DNA of 64,000 bases, taken from assembly GCF_009914755.1 (NCBI RefSeq), contig NC_060930.1; one strand, given 5' to 3'. A program made the position numbers and the translations under genes. This document shows positions 45,513-60,695 of the stretch, in pieces; within the stretch, counting starts at the first letter, position 1, and each line of letters opens with the position of its first letter. The DNA comes from the human T2T-CHM13v2.0 reference genome, Homo sapiens. The notes beneath the pieces are model-generated. The model made no database searches. It saw only the letters and a program-made list of their open reading frames with translations, and was not told the origin of the DNA.

Positions 45513-48500
45513 CAGCTATAATTCAAGTATTGGTAAATGAGGTTGGTTTGGAAAGCTAAAGAAGTCTTCAAGAACCAGAAGATCTTTATAGTGAACTATA
45601 AGGATGCTTAGAATTTGATCAGATAGAGAGAAGGGATTGTACATGGGGCTGGGGAGGGAATGGAAATAAATACTAACCAGTACTGGTACTGTTGGGGCGT
45701 TAAGAGAGGATGTGGACTGGATAGTTGAAGCTGTATTGTGACGATCCTTATAAGGACACCTAAGCCTCCTGGATTTCATCTTAAGGTCAGTGAGAATACT
45801 GGAAGTTTTAAGCAGCAGAATGACAAAGTGAAAATAATATTTTAGGGAGAAAAACTTAGGCTTATAATAATTGCCCTAACTTACTTTCCTATTAATGGTT
45901 GCTCAGAATACATAATGCCAGAGAGAGGGAAGTGGGTTGCCAGAAGACTTAATTCTTATTCAAAGACATTTTCTTTTAAGGAGAGGAAAGTGAATTTTGA
46001 GTCAATTGCTTAGGGAATTCAAGGCCATAGAGTTATGACTAAAATGTAAAGTTATAAAGAGAGTAAGTTGGTGGTTAGGACCCTCAGCCAGCTCTCTCAA
46101 CTCTGCTTAGTGCTTCTTCTACTCTATTAAGTTTGGTTTAGTTGTGTCCACAACTCCCTACAGTCCTCCCACTATCCTCACCAATGTCTTAAAACTTACA
46201 TAATCTTAAGCATTTACTTAACCAATTCTAGCAAGACCAATTTAGCAAGACCTTTTATGCCCATGTCTTCAGTTTGGTATTTCTGTCAGATAGTAAATAC
46301 ATTTAAGCTGCCAAAAATATCTAGTTCCAGGATTTGATAGTAAAGGCTGGAAGCTTCTGTTTTCCTGAAAATCCAAAATAATTTATAATGGTCTTTGCCT
46401 AAAGAGTAATAATAAAGCAATTAAAGCACTATGGTGTTTTAAAATACGTCATCTCATTTGATTCTCATCATGGCCTCTGTGGCAGGCAGGTCAAATATTA
46501 GTGTCACCGGGAGGAAACTGAAATCCAGAATGCTTGTTTTGTTCAGCTGTAGTGAAGAGTGGAACAAGGACCTGTGATTCCTCATTTTATGTGTGTCAGA
46601 CTCTTTTGCAAGTAGTCTATTAGCTATATGTTATATTTGACTTTGTTTAAATTGTACATATGCTTTCCTTCTTTCATTGTAAAACTGAGATTATATTTAT
46701 TTCCTTGATTTCAAGGATTGCATAAAACATAAATATTATGTGATGAACTTAAATGCAAATTCTGTATAGATAGATCTCACTGTTATTGCTATTTCCCAAT
46801 CAAATAATTTTGAAAGCAGAACATCTTGAAGGAGGTAGAATTTTCTTCAGAAAGTAGACAGAGTAGATTTTTCTGGGAACCGGTCATAGAGACAAAGACA
46901 TCAGAAAGGAACTTTAAAGTAAGGAACATAAACATAAACAATTTTAGGGCCCAAAACCAATTTTGGAAATCATTTTTACCTAAGATTTTTAAAAAGACAC
47001 AAGTTTTGCAGTGTAAGAAGAATCATTTTGTAAAGGTCTTGTCTGTTGTTTGATATATTTTTTTTTGGTTCAGAGAGAAAATGGTTGTTTCATCTCATAG
47101 CTGACCTCACATATAAGAGACTAGAAGCTTGTCTAAAGTAGTGTAATTTAAAAATTACCTTCCACCCCAATAGGAATATGTATAGACATATAAACATGAA
47201 CAGATATATAAGCTCTTTAATTCTGGCTGCTTCATTATCACCTATCCATACATCTATCTTTTTATCATCATGTAAAGTTTGCACTTGGACTATCACAATC
47301 TGTAAAAGCTACTACTAGACAGTTGGCATTTTAAGTTTCAGAGTTATTTAATTATTTACATATAAATGTAAACAGTTAAAATATTACTGGAGATAGTACT
47401 CTCATATGTGTATGAAAATTGCTATAATCAGAAGACAGTTAAGAGGTACTGAAGGAGCCATGTTTGATGAGTTGGACAGAGATTTCATAACATTTAGGGA
47501 GAAGCTAGCCTTGCTTCTAATGTCTTCTGTAATTGTCGTGAGTCCCTTCTTTCAATTGGGCCATTATTGACAACTAATGCTTTCTGTCATAATCCTGTAT
47601 TCAATAACTAAATATATGTATGTGTTATGTTTTGTATTTGTGATTGATATATAAACACAAACAAGTTATATATCTAGCCTGAGAAGTCAGCCACCATCAC
47701 TGTATGTCATTTGATATGAGAAGAATATATATTGAAGTATATTATTTATCTGAAAAAAGGAAATGTACCATTGACTTTCTGTTCTCAGAAGGCCATAAAA
47801 GTTGACAAAAGTTGTTGCTATGCAAGAGAAGAGATGATCTGGAAAGAAAGATGTTGAGGTTTTTTTTCTTCCTCTCTTGGCAGATAGCTGGTCCTTAAGT
47901 AACCCACAGATTTTGGATTGTGTCTTCTGACCTCAATAAATGCAACTTCTGCAGGGGTTTTGTGAGAAATATATTTATTTTTTATATCATATTTCTGTAT
48001 CTTCAAGCTAAAACCTAGCAGTACTTCTCGATTAAATATTTCTCAGGCTCACCTTAATATTACCTAAGTCCCATTTTAGCTCAGTTTTCTTCAAAGTTAG
48101 GTAGCTGTTAGTCAATCAAAGTGTAGTTTTTAGTTGCATACAGAGACACTTGGAATCAGATGTCTTTCAACCTGAGAAACGTCAGTTTCCCTGAGGTGTG
48201 AACTTTGTCCCAAATAGGAAGCAGGAACAGAAATGTGACCTAAAGGACCTGGTTTTGCTAAGGAGAGATTTTCCTGAAGACTCATAAGAGGCATGCCTCA
48301 TATTTATGTATTGCTTTAAAGTTTCACAAAAAGATGGTTACGTATATTGTCTTACTTTTTACTTACATGTAAAGTATCACCGGAGAGAATTATTTGGTTT
48401 TGCAGCTAAGGAAATTGAAGGTCAAATGCACCAAGCTAAGAGTTGCTTAGCTGAAAGGTGGCACTGTTGGAGTTCACATTGTGTCTTCTGATACTGTGTC

Positions 48501-49264
48501 CAGTATTTTCTCGACAGGCTTTCACTGTATGACCCACCAATGCTTGTCAAAGTGTTTTATGTTAAAATGATTATTTTCAGTTCAACTTGTTACATGTGAT
48601 ATGTAAGCTTTACCCATATTAGAAAGTCAACAAAAATTGTTTAGTGTTAATTAAGAAATGGGGTCAAAGACTTTTGGGTGCTATGTAGGGAAAGTATGTT
48701 TCTTTCATGCTCAGGTGGACAATATTGAGAAGCAACTTCATTAAGAAAAGCAGCTCTGGGCCCCTGCTGCCAGACTCAAGTCAAGACTCAGGAATGTGGA
48801 GAATGAGACATTTCTGGGGGAGCTGATAATACCCTGAAAAGCCTGAAAGAATTAGCACGTGGAGTGTGAGAAAATAGTCGGTGGGATGATCAATTAATTC
48901 ATTCACCTTTCTCTGTTTTAGTCTCATATCAGGCAAAAAAGGGTGAGCATTTTGGTTGCAGTGATTTGTTTTCTTGTAAAATCTTCTGAAGTTTTACACT
49001 GTTTAAAATGTGTTTAAATTTTAGGATGGTATTTAATATTGACTTTGATGGAATTAGCCAACATTCTGTAGCATTGTTTTACATAATTTTAGTGGATTTC
49101 TAACTCATGAAAATAATTGGTAACTTTAATTTTCAATGATTTTCTTTAAATTCATAGATTCAATCATAAAGTATAATTAATCAAATAAGCAATATTTTGT
49201 TAATAGGTAATTGTCTTTTGTGAGCACAAAAGTATGTCTTATGGCACATTCCTACATACTGGCA

Positions 49265-49640
49265 TTACACGAAGAGAAATAAACCAGGCACAGAAAGACA
49301 AGTACTACATGATTTCACTTATATATGGAGTCTTAAAAAGTTGACAGAGAAGCAGAGAGTAAAACGGTGGTAACCAGCGGCTGGGGGTGGGTTAGGGTTG
49401 GGGCGATGTTAGTCAAAGGATACAATCAGTGAGATAGGAGGAATAAGTTCAAGAGATCTATTATACAATATAGAGACCATAGTTGTTATAATAATAACAT
49501 CATACTCTTGAAAATTGCTAAGAGTAGATTTTAAGCCTCCTTATCACATGCCATTCCACAATGTATACATGTTTCAAAACATCATGTTGTACCCAAATAT
49601 ATACACTTTTTGTTTGTCAATTGACATAAATAAATATAAA
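49265..49640 (+). mobile_element. L1MA-type 3' UTR fragment
   Basis: ccaggcacagaaagacaa...gataggaggaataagttcaagagatcta...aaattgctaagagtagatttta. Confidence 0.85.
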
Positions 49641-50084
49641 AGATTTTATTTTTCATTAGAAAACTAGAAAAATAGGATGGATTTCACATTAGTTACATGA
49701 CATGGTTGAATTATTACCCTTTCAACTACACAAAGCCAGAGCACATGGCTTTGCATTTGACTGAATGAGGAAAGCCAGTCCTTTCACAGATAAAGAATAC
49801 TTAAATAATGTGATGGAAGATCTTTTATTGAAAGCCATTTTTCATTCTTCAAAAAGTGAAACTTGGTGACAGTTTTTGGGTGGTGCTTGTATTTGAACTC
49901 AGCTAAGATGAAATATCTGATTACTAATCAAAAGCCAAACAACTACGTTATTGATAGTAAACCTAAAATGCACTGAGTTCCCTCAAAAGCAGAAACTGAT
50001 TCAAGAAGGCTGGGGCTTTTTTATGAGGTTGTTAAACAGTGTGGCATCTAAATACAGGTCAGCTAATGAAATAAAGAAATTGAA

Positions 50085-51200
50085 TGTCTGAATAAAAAGT
50101 TTAGACTTTATTTTGTAATGGGAAGTTATTGAAGGCTTTCAAGGGATGTTTTAGAAGATCCTGGCTTTGTATAAAACAGAATGTAGACGGAGAAAAATAG
50201 AAGCAGGGAGGCAATTTGGAGACTGCAGCAATGGCACATGAGGATGGGAAATCAGGAGGCCCTAAAGTAAAGTAAGATAGTGGTGATAAGAATAAAGCAA
50301 GAGGAAATGGATGTGATAGTTCTTATGAAGGCAGAATGAATATTGATTACATGTTGGCAAACCAGGGAAAGTGAAGTGTTAAGTGTGTGAAAATGTTTTC
50401 ACTGTAGGGACTCGGGGATGGTGTCCCCTTGAAAGAAGAAATATATTGAGTTCAGTTAAAATTGTGGGGCTGACCTTGAGAGATAAGTAAGAGCTGTAAA
50501 TAGATATATAGAACTTGTCAACATCAAGGGAGTATTTGAAGTCGTGGGTCTAGATGAGACTGACGAAGGAGAAAGCATTGAAAGAAGAGAAGAAATCTAT
50601 AGACTGTATATTTAGATTGGTGCCAGGAGACACAGAAGACGGGTGGGGATGGGAGCAGAAGAGCCTCTAGTGAACCAGAAGTAAGAGTTTTGATACAAGA
50701 AAACTGTTGACACAGTTGAAGGCTGTATAAAAAGGTGAAATGAGCAAAAGGCAATGAACATATTTGATGGCTAGAAGATCATTGCTGGCCTTGTCAGAGT
50801 AGTTTTCGCGGAGTAGATAAGAATACATGTTGGATTTTAGTAAAAGGAGAAAAATGTATAGGAAGTTAACAGTGTATATTCTTTTTGGCAGAGAAAAGAA
50901 GACAATAAGATTATAGTTTATGAGAAAAATAGTTAAGAAATGAAAGGAAAGGTTATTGCTTAAGAAGAATGAATATGCACATGTTTATAAGCTAAGGGCA
51001 AATGTCCAATGAGGGGAGAAGAGATCATTCATGAGCAAGATCCCAGAGAAGGTGGGGAAAGGTTACATCTAGGGCATATTTGGAAATATTATCTTTTTTT
51101 TCCTCTAAAATATAAGACAATACAGAAGATTTGGTTCAGATAGGGGAATGTTGGCTTGTTCTTGCCTGATGATCTAAAACTTCACAATAAAATACGCACT
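50085..51200 (-). mobile_element. L2 LINE fragment (ancient)
   Basis: Purine-rich antisense L2 motifs (tttagactttattttgtaatgggaagttattgaagg; gagtagttttcgcggagtag). Confidence 0.65.
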
Positions 51201-51642
51201 ACATGGCAGATGGATTTTATTTTTTCTGATTTTACTCTTAATATTCTTCAATAATGTGAGGTAAAATGTTATTAATAGACTAAATTAATAGATCATTTAA
51301 TTACATGGTTTAATATTAGTTGTTATTAAGTAGATGTCCCTAAATTTTAATAAGTGTATGCATTTTTTAAAAGTCATACATCAGAACATGACTAGTAGTA
51401 TAAAATAAAATGAAGGTAGATCAACTTTACTCATTTATTGGTAAGATTTTGGGCTAATAAATTTGAGTAATGAGTTGTGATTATTATTAAAACACACTTA
51501 AGTTAGGATGTTTTCTTGGTTCCCCAGCCTGTCCTCATTTGCTTGAACTGCCCTCACCACTGACTCTTTGACATTTCCCCTTAAATATCTCAAAAGCCCC
51601 TCAAAATCAACCCATCCTTTGCTAAACTCACCATATGCCCTC

Positions 51643-52210
51643 TGTGGATAACAGCCTCCAAGCTGGCCTTGAATAATTTTTATTTCTTGGTGTTCACCCA
51701 CTTGTGTATCTTCTCCCCACCACACATATTATACTGGGGTTGGTCACATAATACCATATGACAGAGGTAATGGTATGCCACTCCTAATATTAGTTTAAAT
51801 GTTCTGCAGCTTCCATCTTGAATATTTTCTCTTGCTCGTGTTCTCTCTTTTGGACTTCTTGTCTGAGGGTAAGCAAACTGCTGTGTCATGAGCAGTCCTA
51901 GGGAGGAGCATATGTTGCAAGAAACTGAAGCCCCAAGTCAATAGCTAATGCGGAAGTGAGACCTGCCAAAAATCACATTAGTGAGCTTGGAAATGTATTC
52001 TTCAGTTACAATAGAACCTTGAGATAACTGCAGCACTGGGTGGCAGTTTGGTTGCAACCTTGTAAGGGACACTTGACCAAAACCATGCAGCTAATCTGCT
52101 CCCATATTTCTAACCCTCAGAAAATCTGTGAGATGATAACTGTATGCTTATTGTTTTAAGCTGCTAAATTTTGGAGTAATTTGATATTGAAGCAATAGAG
52201 AACTAATACA
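51643..52210 (+). mobile_element. MLT1F-like MaLR solo LTR, nested in a + strand L2 remnant
   Basis: tgtgg...cagcctccaag start and the end ttgttttaagctgctaaattttggagtaatttg...aactaataca. Confidence 0.82.
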
Positions 52211-52339
52211 CCTCTGTTCCAGTTTTTTCTCAGATTTCTAATCTCAGTGAAATTGCACCAATATCTGCCCATTCCCACAAGCCAAGATCCTAAGAGTCAT
52301 CCAGGATACCACTTTCTCCTTCGATCTCTAAGTCAATTA

Positions 52340-53570
<1,231 letters not shown>

Positions 53571-54129
53571 AGGTGGCTTGTGTCAAGTTTATTTCCCAAT
53601 TCTTATGTCCCCTGACCATCACTCCTCCCTACAAACCACCATCCCATTCCTCACTTACTCCAGGTAACTCGCCAGAACTCCCGAGTGGATTCTTTAGAGC
53701 CCGTTCAAAAATGACTGTTCTGGTAATATTGGTCAGAAACTCTGACAATGTTGATTTTTGAGGTTAAGCTAGATTGACTCATATCCAAAGTTATATTAGA
53801 CACTATATTCTAATATACTGTATTCTGCATAAGTGATGAGAGCTATAGTAGTTCATATATATTGAATACTTTACATAGATTTTTTTTTAACTCCTTACAG
53901 CAACGCTGTGAAGTAGCTGCTGTTATTATGATAGTTTTACAGTCAAGAAAACTGAGTTTGAAAAGTTAAAGTAGTTAGTTTTCACTCACACAGTAACTAT
54001 GTGGTGGGAACAGAGATTATATATAATTGTGCCTTATTCCAAAAGCGCTCTCTGGTAGAACTACATTCCAATGACCTATCCTTTATAAATTAAATCAGTT
54101 TGTCGAGAGTTATCTCATATTAATTGCAA

Positions 54130-54196
54130 TATGATTCACAATAGCAAAGATGTGAAATCAAAGATGTGAAATCATCATTGGATGAAAGGATTAAAA

Positions 54197-54238
<42 letters not shown>

Positions 54239-54580
54239 ATCGCTCAGCCTTAAAAACATGCTACTAATCGGCTTTAAGAAAAGAAGAAAATTCTGTCATT
54301 TCTGACACCATGGAAGAACTTCAACATTACGTTAGGTGAACTAATTCAGGTACAGAAGAATACTACAGTATCTCACTTATATATGGAATGTAAAAATGTT
54401 GAACTCAAAAGTAGAGAATGGAATGGTGGTTACCAGGCCTTGAGAGAGAGGGGTAAAGGTTGGTCAAAAGATGCAAAATTTCAGTTAAGAGGAAGGAGTA
54501 CAAGAGATTTATTGTACATCATGGTGACTATAATTGATAACAATGTGCTTTTTTCTTGACAATTGCTAAGAGTAGAATTT
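54130..54580 (+). mobile_element. L1MA-type 3' end, truncated before its tail
   Basis: ttcacaatagcaaagat...aaaatttcagttaagaggaagg...aattgctaagagtaga. Confidence 0.82.
54202..54236. repeat. (AC)17 microsatellite
   Basis: Directly visible pure AC tract. Confidence 0.97.
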
Positions 54581-57500
54581 GTTTATGGGCACCAAGCTTG
54601 ATTCCAAGTCTTTGCTATTGTGAATAGTGCTGCCATGAACATGCAAATGCGTGTGTCTTTTTGGTAGAATGATTTGTTTTCTTTTGGATATATACCCACT
54701 AATGGGATTGCTGGGTCAAATGGTAGTTCTAAGTTCTTTGAGAAATCTACAAACTGCTTTCTGTGGTGGCCAAACTAATTTACACTCCCATTAACTGTGT
54801 CTAAGTGTTCCCTTTTCTCCATGTCCTCACCAGCATCTGTTGTTTTTTTGACTTTTTAATAATAGCCATTCTGACTGGTGTAAGGAGGTATGCCATTGTG
54901 GTTTGATTTGCATTTCTCTGATTAGTAAAATGAAGCATTTTTTGTATGTTTGTCAGCCATGTATATGTCTTCTTTTGAGAAATATCTGTTCATTTATTTT
55001 GCCCACTTTTAAATGAGGTTATTTGGTTTTGCTTGTTCAATTGTTTAAATTCTTTATCGATGCTGTATATTAGACCTTTGTTGAATGTGTAGTTTTGAGA
55101 ATATTTTCTCTCCTTCTGTAGGTTGTCTGTTTACTCTTTTGATAGTTTATTTTGCTGTGCAGAAACTCTTTAGTTTAATTGGGCCTCATTTGTCAATTTT
55201 TGCTTTCGTTGTACTTGCTTTTGGTGACATTGTCACAAATTCTTTCCTAAGGTCAATGTTCAAAATGGTGTTTCCTAGGTCTTCTTCTAAAAGTCTTATA
55301 GTTTGAGGGTTTACATTTAAATCTTTAATCTATCTTAAGTTAATATTTGTATATGGTGAGAGAAAGGGGTCCAGTTTAATTCTTTTGCATATGACTAGCC
55401 AGCTATCCCAGCACTATTTATTAAATAGGGAGTACTTTCCTCATTGCTTATTTTTGTCGACTTTGTTCAAGATCAGATGGCTGTAGGTGTGTGGCTTTAT
55501 TTCTGGGGTCTCATTCTGTCCCATTGGTCTATGTGTTATATCAGTATCATGCTGTTTTGGTTACTGTTGCCTTATAGCATAGTTTTTATTTTATTATTTT
55601 ATTTTATTTTATTTTACTTTAAATTCCGGGATACATGTGCAGAATGTGCAGGTTTGTTACATAGGTATATGTGTGCCATGGTGTTTTGCTGTGCCTATTG
55701 ACCTGTCCTCTTAAGTTTCCTTCCCTTGCCCTCCACCCCACAAGAGGCCCTGGTGTGTGTTGTTCCCCTCCATGTGTCCATGCGTTCTCATGCCTCAACT
55801 CCCACATATGAGTGAGAACATGAGGTGTTTGGTTTTCTGTTCCTGTGTTAGTTTGCTGTGGATGATGGCTTCCATCTGCATCCATGTCCCTGCAAAGGAC
55901 ATAATCTCATTCTTTTTTATGGCTGCAGCCTTATAGTATAGTTTGAGTCAGGTATTGTGATGCCTCTGACTTTGTTCTTTATGTTTAGAACTGCTTTGTC
56001 TATTGGGGCTTTTTATTGGTTCCATTTGAATTTTAGAATAGTATTTTTCTAATTCTGTGAAGAATGGCATTGGTAGTTTGATAGGCATAGTGTTCAATCT
56101 GCAGATTGCTTTGAGCAGTATGGCCACTTAATGATATTAATCTAATCCATGAACATGGAATGTTTTTCCCTTTGTTTGTATCATCTCTGAATTCTTTCAG
56201 CAGTGTTTTATAGTTATCCTTGTAGTGACCTTTCACCTCCTTGGTGAGATGTCTTCCTAGATATTTTATTTTTTTGTGTGTGGCTATTGTAAATGGGAAT
56301 GCATTCTTGATTTGGCTCTCGTCTTCAACACTGTTGTTGAACAGAAATGCTACTAATTTTTCTACATTGATTTTTGTACACTGAAACTTTACTGAAGTTG
56401 TTTATGAGTTTCAGGAGCCTTTTTGGTATAATCGTTAGACTTTTCTAGGTATAGAATCATATCATTGATGAAGAGAGATATTATGACTTATTATTTTACT
56501 ATTTGGATGCCTTTTATTTCTTTCTCTTGACTGATTGCTCTGGTTAGTACTTCCACTACTATGTTGAATAGAAGTGGAGAGAGTGGTCATCTTTGTCTTG
56601 TTCCAGTTCTCAAGCTTTTGACCGTTTAGTATGATGTCGGCTGTGGGTTTGTCATAGATGGCTCATTATTTTGAGGTATGTTCCTTCAATGCCTAATTTC
56701 TTGAGTGTTTTCATCATGAAGGGATGTTGAATTTTATTGAAATATTTTTCTGTGTCTTAGATGGATCTTATGGTTTTGTTTTTAATTCTGTTTATGTGAT
56801 GAATCAAATTTATTGACACATATGTTGAACCAACTTTGCATCCCAGGAATTAAGTCTACATGATCATTATGAATTAACTCTTTCATGTGCTGCTAGATTG
56901 AGTTTGCTAGTATTTTGTTGAGGATTTTTCTGTCAATGTTCATCAGGGGTATTGGCCTGTCATTTTCTTTTTTGTTCTGTTTTTGCTCAGTTTTGGTGTT
57001 GGAGTGATGCTGGCTTCATGGAATGAGTTAGGGAGGAATCCTTCTTCCTGAATTGTTTGGAATAGTTTCATTAGAATTTGTACTAGCTCTTCTTTGTATA
57101 TCTGGTAGAATTTAGCTGTGAATTCATCTGGTCCAGGGCTTTTTTTGGTTGGTAGGTTTTTTTTTAAATTGATTCATTTTTGGAACTTGATATTGGTCTG
57201 TTTAAGGTTTCACTTCTTTTTCCTGATTCAATCTTGAGAGGTTGTGTGTTTCCAGGAGTGTTTTAATTTCCTCTAGATTTTCTACTTGTGTGCATTGAGG
57301 TCTTCATCATAATATGAAGATCTTTTGTATTTCTGTGGGATCAGTTATAATGTCACCTTTGTTGTTTCTGATTGTGCTTGTTTGGATCTTCTCTTTTTTC
57401 TTTGTTTATCTAGTTAGTAGTCTGTTGATCTTGTTTATCCTTTCAAATAACCAACTTTTGGTTTCATTGATTCCTTGTATGAATTTTTGAGTCTCAATTT

Positions 57501-58600
57501 CTTTCAGTTCCACTCGGATTTTAGTTATTTCTTTTCTTATGCTGGCTTTGGTTGGTTGTTCTTGTTCTCCTAGTTCCTCTAGGTGTGATGTTAGTGCATT
57601 AATTTGAGATCTCTCTAACTTTTTGAGGTAGGCATTTAGTGCTATAAACTTTCCTCTTAACACTGTTTTTGCTGCATTCCAGATTTTGGTATGTTATGAC
57701 TCTATTTTCATTTATTTCAAGGAATTTTTCATTTGTGCCTTCATTGTTTACCCAAAAATCATATATGAGCAAGTTGTCTAATTTCCTTGTAATTGTGTGG
57801 TTTGAGAGATCTTCTTACTATTAATTTCTGTTTCTATTCAACCAGGATCTGAAAGTATGTACGGTATGGTTTGACTTTTTAAAATTTATTGAGACTTGCT
57901 TTATGGCCAAGCATATGGTCAATCTTGGGGATATGTTCCATGTGCACATGAGAAAAGTACATTCTGTGGTTGATGGCTGGAGTATTCTGTACATGTGTAT
58001 TGAGTCCAATTGGTCAAGTGTTGCATTAAGTCCAGAATTTCTTTATCAATGTTCTGCCTTGATCTTTCTAATGCTCTCAGAGGGACTGTTGAAGTCTCCC
58101 ACTACTATTGTGTGGCAGTCAAAATCTTTTCATATGTCTAGAAATTCTTGTTTTATGAATATATGTGTTCTAATTTTGAGCATGTATATATTTAGGATAG
58201 TTAAGTCTTGTTGAATTGAACCCTTTATCATTATGTAATGCCCTTCTTTGTCCTTTTTTACTGTTGTTGGTTTAATGTCTATTTTATATGATAGAATAGC
58301 CATCCCTATTCTTTTTTGCTTTTTAGTTTATGTGGTAGATCTTTCTCCAATCCTTTTCTTTGAGCCTATGAATGTCATTATGTGTGAGATGGGTCTCTTG
58401 TAGACAGCAGATGGATGGGTCTTGCTTTTTTATCCAAATTGCCACTTGGTGCCTTTTAAGTGGGGTATTTATATCATTTACACTGAAGGTTCATATTGAT
58501 ATGTAAGGTTTTGAACCTATTGTGAAGTCGTTACCTGGTTGCTTTGTAGTTTCTATTGTGTGGTTGCTTTATAGAGTCTGTGGGATATGTACTCAAGTGT
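54581..58600 (-). mobile_element. L1PA16/L1PREC-like LINE-1 ORF2 segment (~3.7 kb), lacking 3' UTR and tail
   Basis: Antisense ORF2 peptides ([21 protein letters not shown]; YKDNYKTLLKE), reaching into the endonuclease/inter-ORF region near 58600. Confidence 0.9.
55586..55927 (-). mobile_element. L1PA8-10-type 3' end nested in the older L1
   Basis: (TTTTA)n tail and 3' UTR. 17-bp TSD gccttatag(c/t)atagttt at 55569-55585 and 55928-55944. Confidence 0.92.
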
Positions 58601-59968
58601 GACAAACCATAATTTAGAGAAGTAAACAACTAACTGCTGTGTACCTACTAACTGGTTTAAGAAATAAAGCTTTACTTTTTGTTAAAAGAAGATCTATAGT
58701 AATGTACTAAGAACAGACTATAACATTGCTCTATTGTCTAAATGTTTATTCCCCAAAAATCTAATTTGCATGAGAACTTATATGAGGCTCATCATGGATA
58801 CTGATATGGAAATAGCTCTTCCATTCGTGAGTCACGAACATTGAGTAATGTGACATTTCCCTTTTGAACACCTATTTTCTAAATTGTTATGTTGTCTTAA
58901 ACTTATGCTGGTGTAACGTACATTATGAGCTATAAAAACACCATCAATTGGGTATTTTTATAGAGAAAATGAAGTTCAGAGGTCAAAATAAGAGAAATGC
59001 CTGGGTCTTTCTATATTTCTCAGATGTTTAATTTTCTCAACTTTTAAAAAATTTTGGATTTGTGCTATTACATTATCAAAATAGTGATAGTAATTCTACT
59101 AGTCTAATAGTCCATTTGCCTTTTTTATTATAAAGTAATGTTTCACAAGTATTTTAAACTTCTTGGAAGAAAATCACTATTACTTTAATAATGATGATTG
59201 CTACTATATTTGTGGCATTATTTTTCTTTTCAGGATATGAAGAAAATGGGAAAGTAGAACTGTCTATACTATTTATCATATAAAATCAGCAAGAGATGCT
59301 GTTACTTTTCAAAAATCCATTGATAGAGTAGTTAAAAGCATTTTCTGCTTTTAAAGAAATTGAGGACTTTCATTAATAACTCTGGTCACATTTTTTTAAA
59401 GCAAACTGGCTTTTCTGTTTCAGTCCTAATATTTCTCTAATGTAATTAAATGTCAAATCCAGACAAAAGTACTTTAAAAAGTCAACTTAGACATAATGAG
59501 TTCTAATATTCTTTTTCTGGGTTTGAGTACTTGTAATTCCACGAAGTAAAAGAAGGAAGTCCAGGTGGTACAAAATTGGCCTTAGGGGTTATATTCCAAT
59601 ATTGCAGATTTTCACTCCTTTGATTCCTCTTCTCCAAGTTTGACATACACAGAAAAATTCCTTTTAGTTGGGTCTGAGTTGAGTTCCACTACTCATTTCT
59701 CAAAGATCTTTTCTTGATGGATTGCATTATGTAACTATTTCAAAGACCAAGGTTTGACTAGCATATTTTAGGGAAATTCATTATCTCTGTAAGTTCCAGA
59801 AGAAAAGCTGAAATACGGATCCTACATTTACACCTTTTTCTTCTTTTGATTTATCTCAGGAGAATGACACAGAAATGGAAGGGTGTTTAGTTGCACTAGC
59901 AGAAGATTTCAATGAAAGGTGAATATATGCAAAACATGAGGACTTTTTGTGCATCCTTTTTGTTACAC

Positions 59969-60300
59969 TGTTCTAGTCCATGTTCTGCAATAACAGTACC
60001 TGAGGCTGGGTAATTTATAAGAACAGAAATTTATTTCTCATTTTCTAGAGGCTTGGAAGCCTAAGATCAAATGCCAACAGGCTCAGTATCTGGTGAGGGC
60101 CTGGTTTCTGCCTCCAAAATGGTGCCTCATTGTTGCATCCTTCAGAGAGAACAATGTGTCCTCATATGGCAGAAGAGCAGAAGAGCAAAAGGGCCTATGC
60201 TAGTTATCTCTGCCCCTTATAAAGGTCACACCTCTTAATACCATCACATTGGTGATAAAGTTTCAAAACTTGAATTTTGGGAGACATTTAAACCATAGAA
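59969..60300 (-). mobile_element. MST-type (MSTB1/C/D-like) MaLR solo LTR
   Basis: tgttctagtcc...gggtaatttataagaacagaaatttatttctca...aaaccatagaa. Confidence 0.85.
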
Positions 60301-60530
60301 TATATTTATGCCATAAAATTTAGATTTGGAAGAAATGACTCTCTGTAACTCAAAAAGGACTGTAGAGTCTTAAGGAGTATGTATTGTTGTGTACATCTAT
60401 ATAGCTCACACTTATGTAACACTATGTGCCAGGCACTATTCTAATGGCTTACATATATTGCCTTATTTAATCCCCATGCTAACCTTATAAGGCAAATACT
60501 GTTGTTATCCCCAGGGCAGAAGACTGAAGT

Positions 60531-60695
60531 CAGGACCTGCTTAATGCACCAGTAACCTGTGCAACTTTAGGACGTCTGAGAGGCACTGCATTTGGTTTAA
60601 TGCTCGCTGTCACTTTCTTGAAATTTTTAATAATTTTGAACAAGAAGCTCTGAATTTTCATTTTGTAGTAGGCTCTGCAAATTATGTAGCTGATG
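60531..60695 (+). mobile_element. MER91A (hAT-Tip100) relic nested in a MIR
   Basis: caggacc...ttggtttaatgctc...cttgaaatttttaataattttgaacaag...tttcattttg...gcaaattatgtagc. Confidence 0.75.

Noticed and set aside
49381-49404. G-quadruplex-like gggggtgggttagggttggggc and similar tracts at ~3340, ~13880 and ~43050
   Set aside because: These are the ordinary G-rich tracts of L1 3' UTRs.
54145-54172. Tandem caaagatgtgaaat x2, with similar micro-duplications at ~13409-13430 and ~61549-61576
   Set aside because: Routine slippage duplications inside dead L1 copies.
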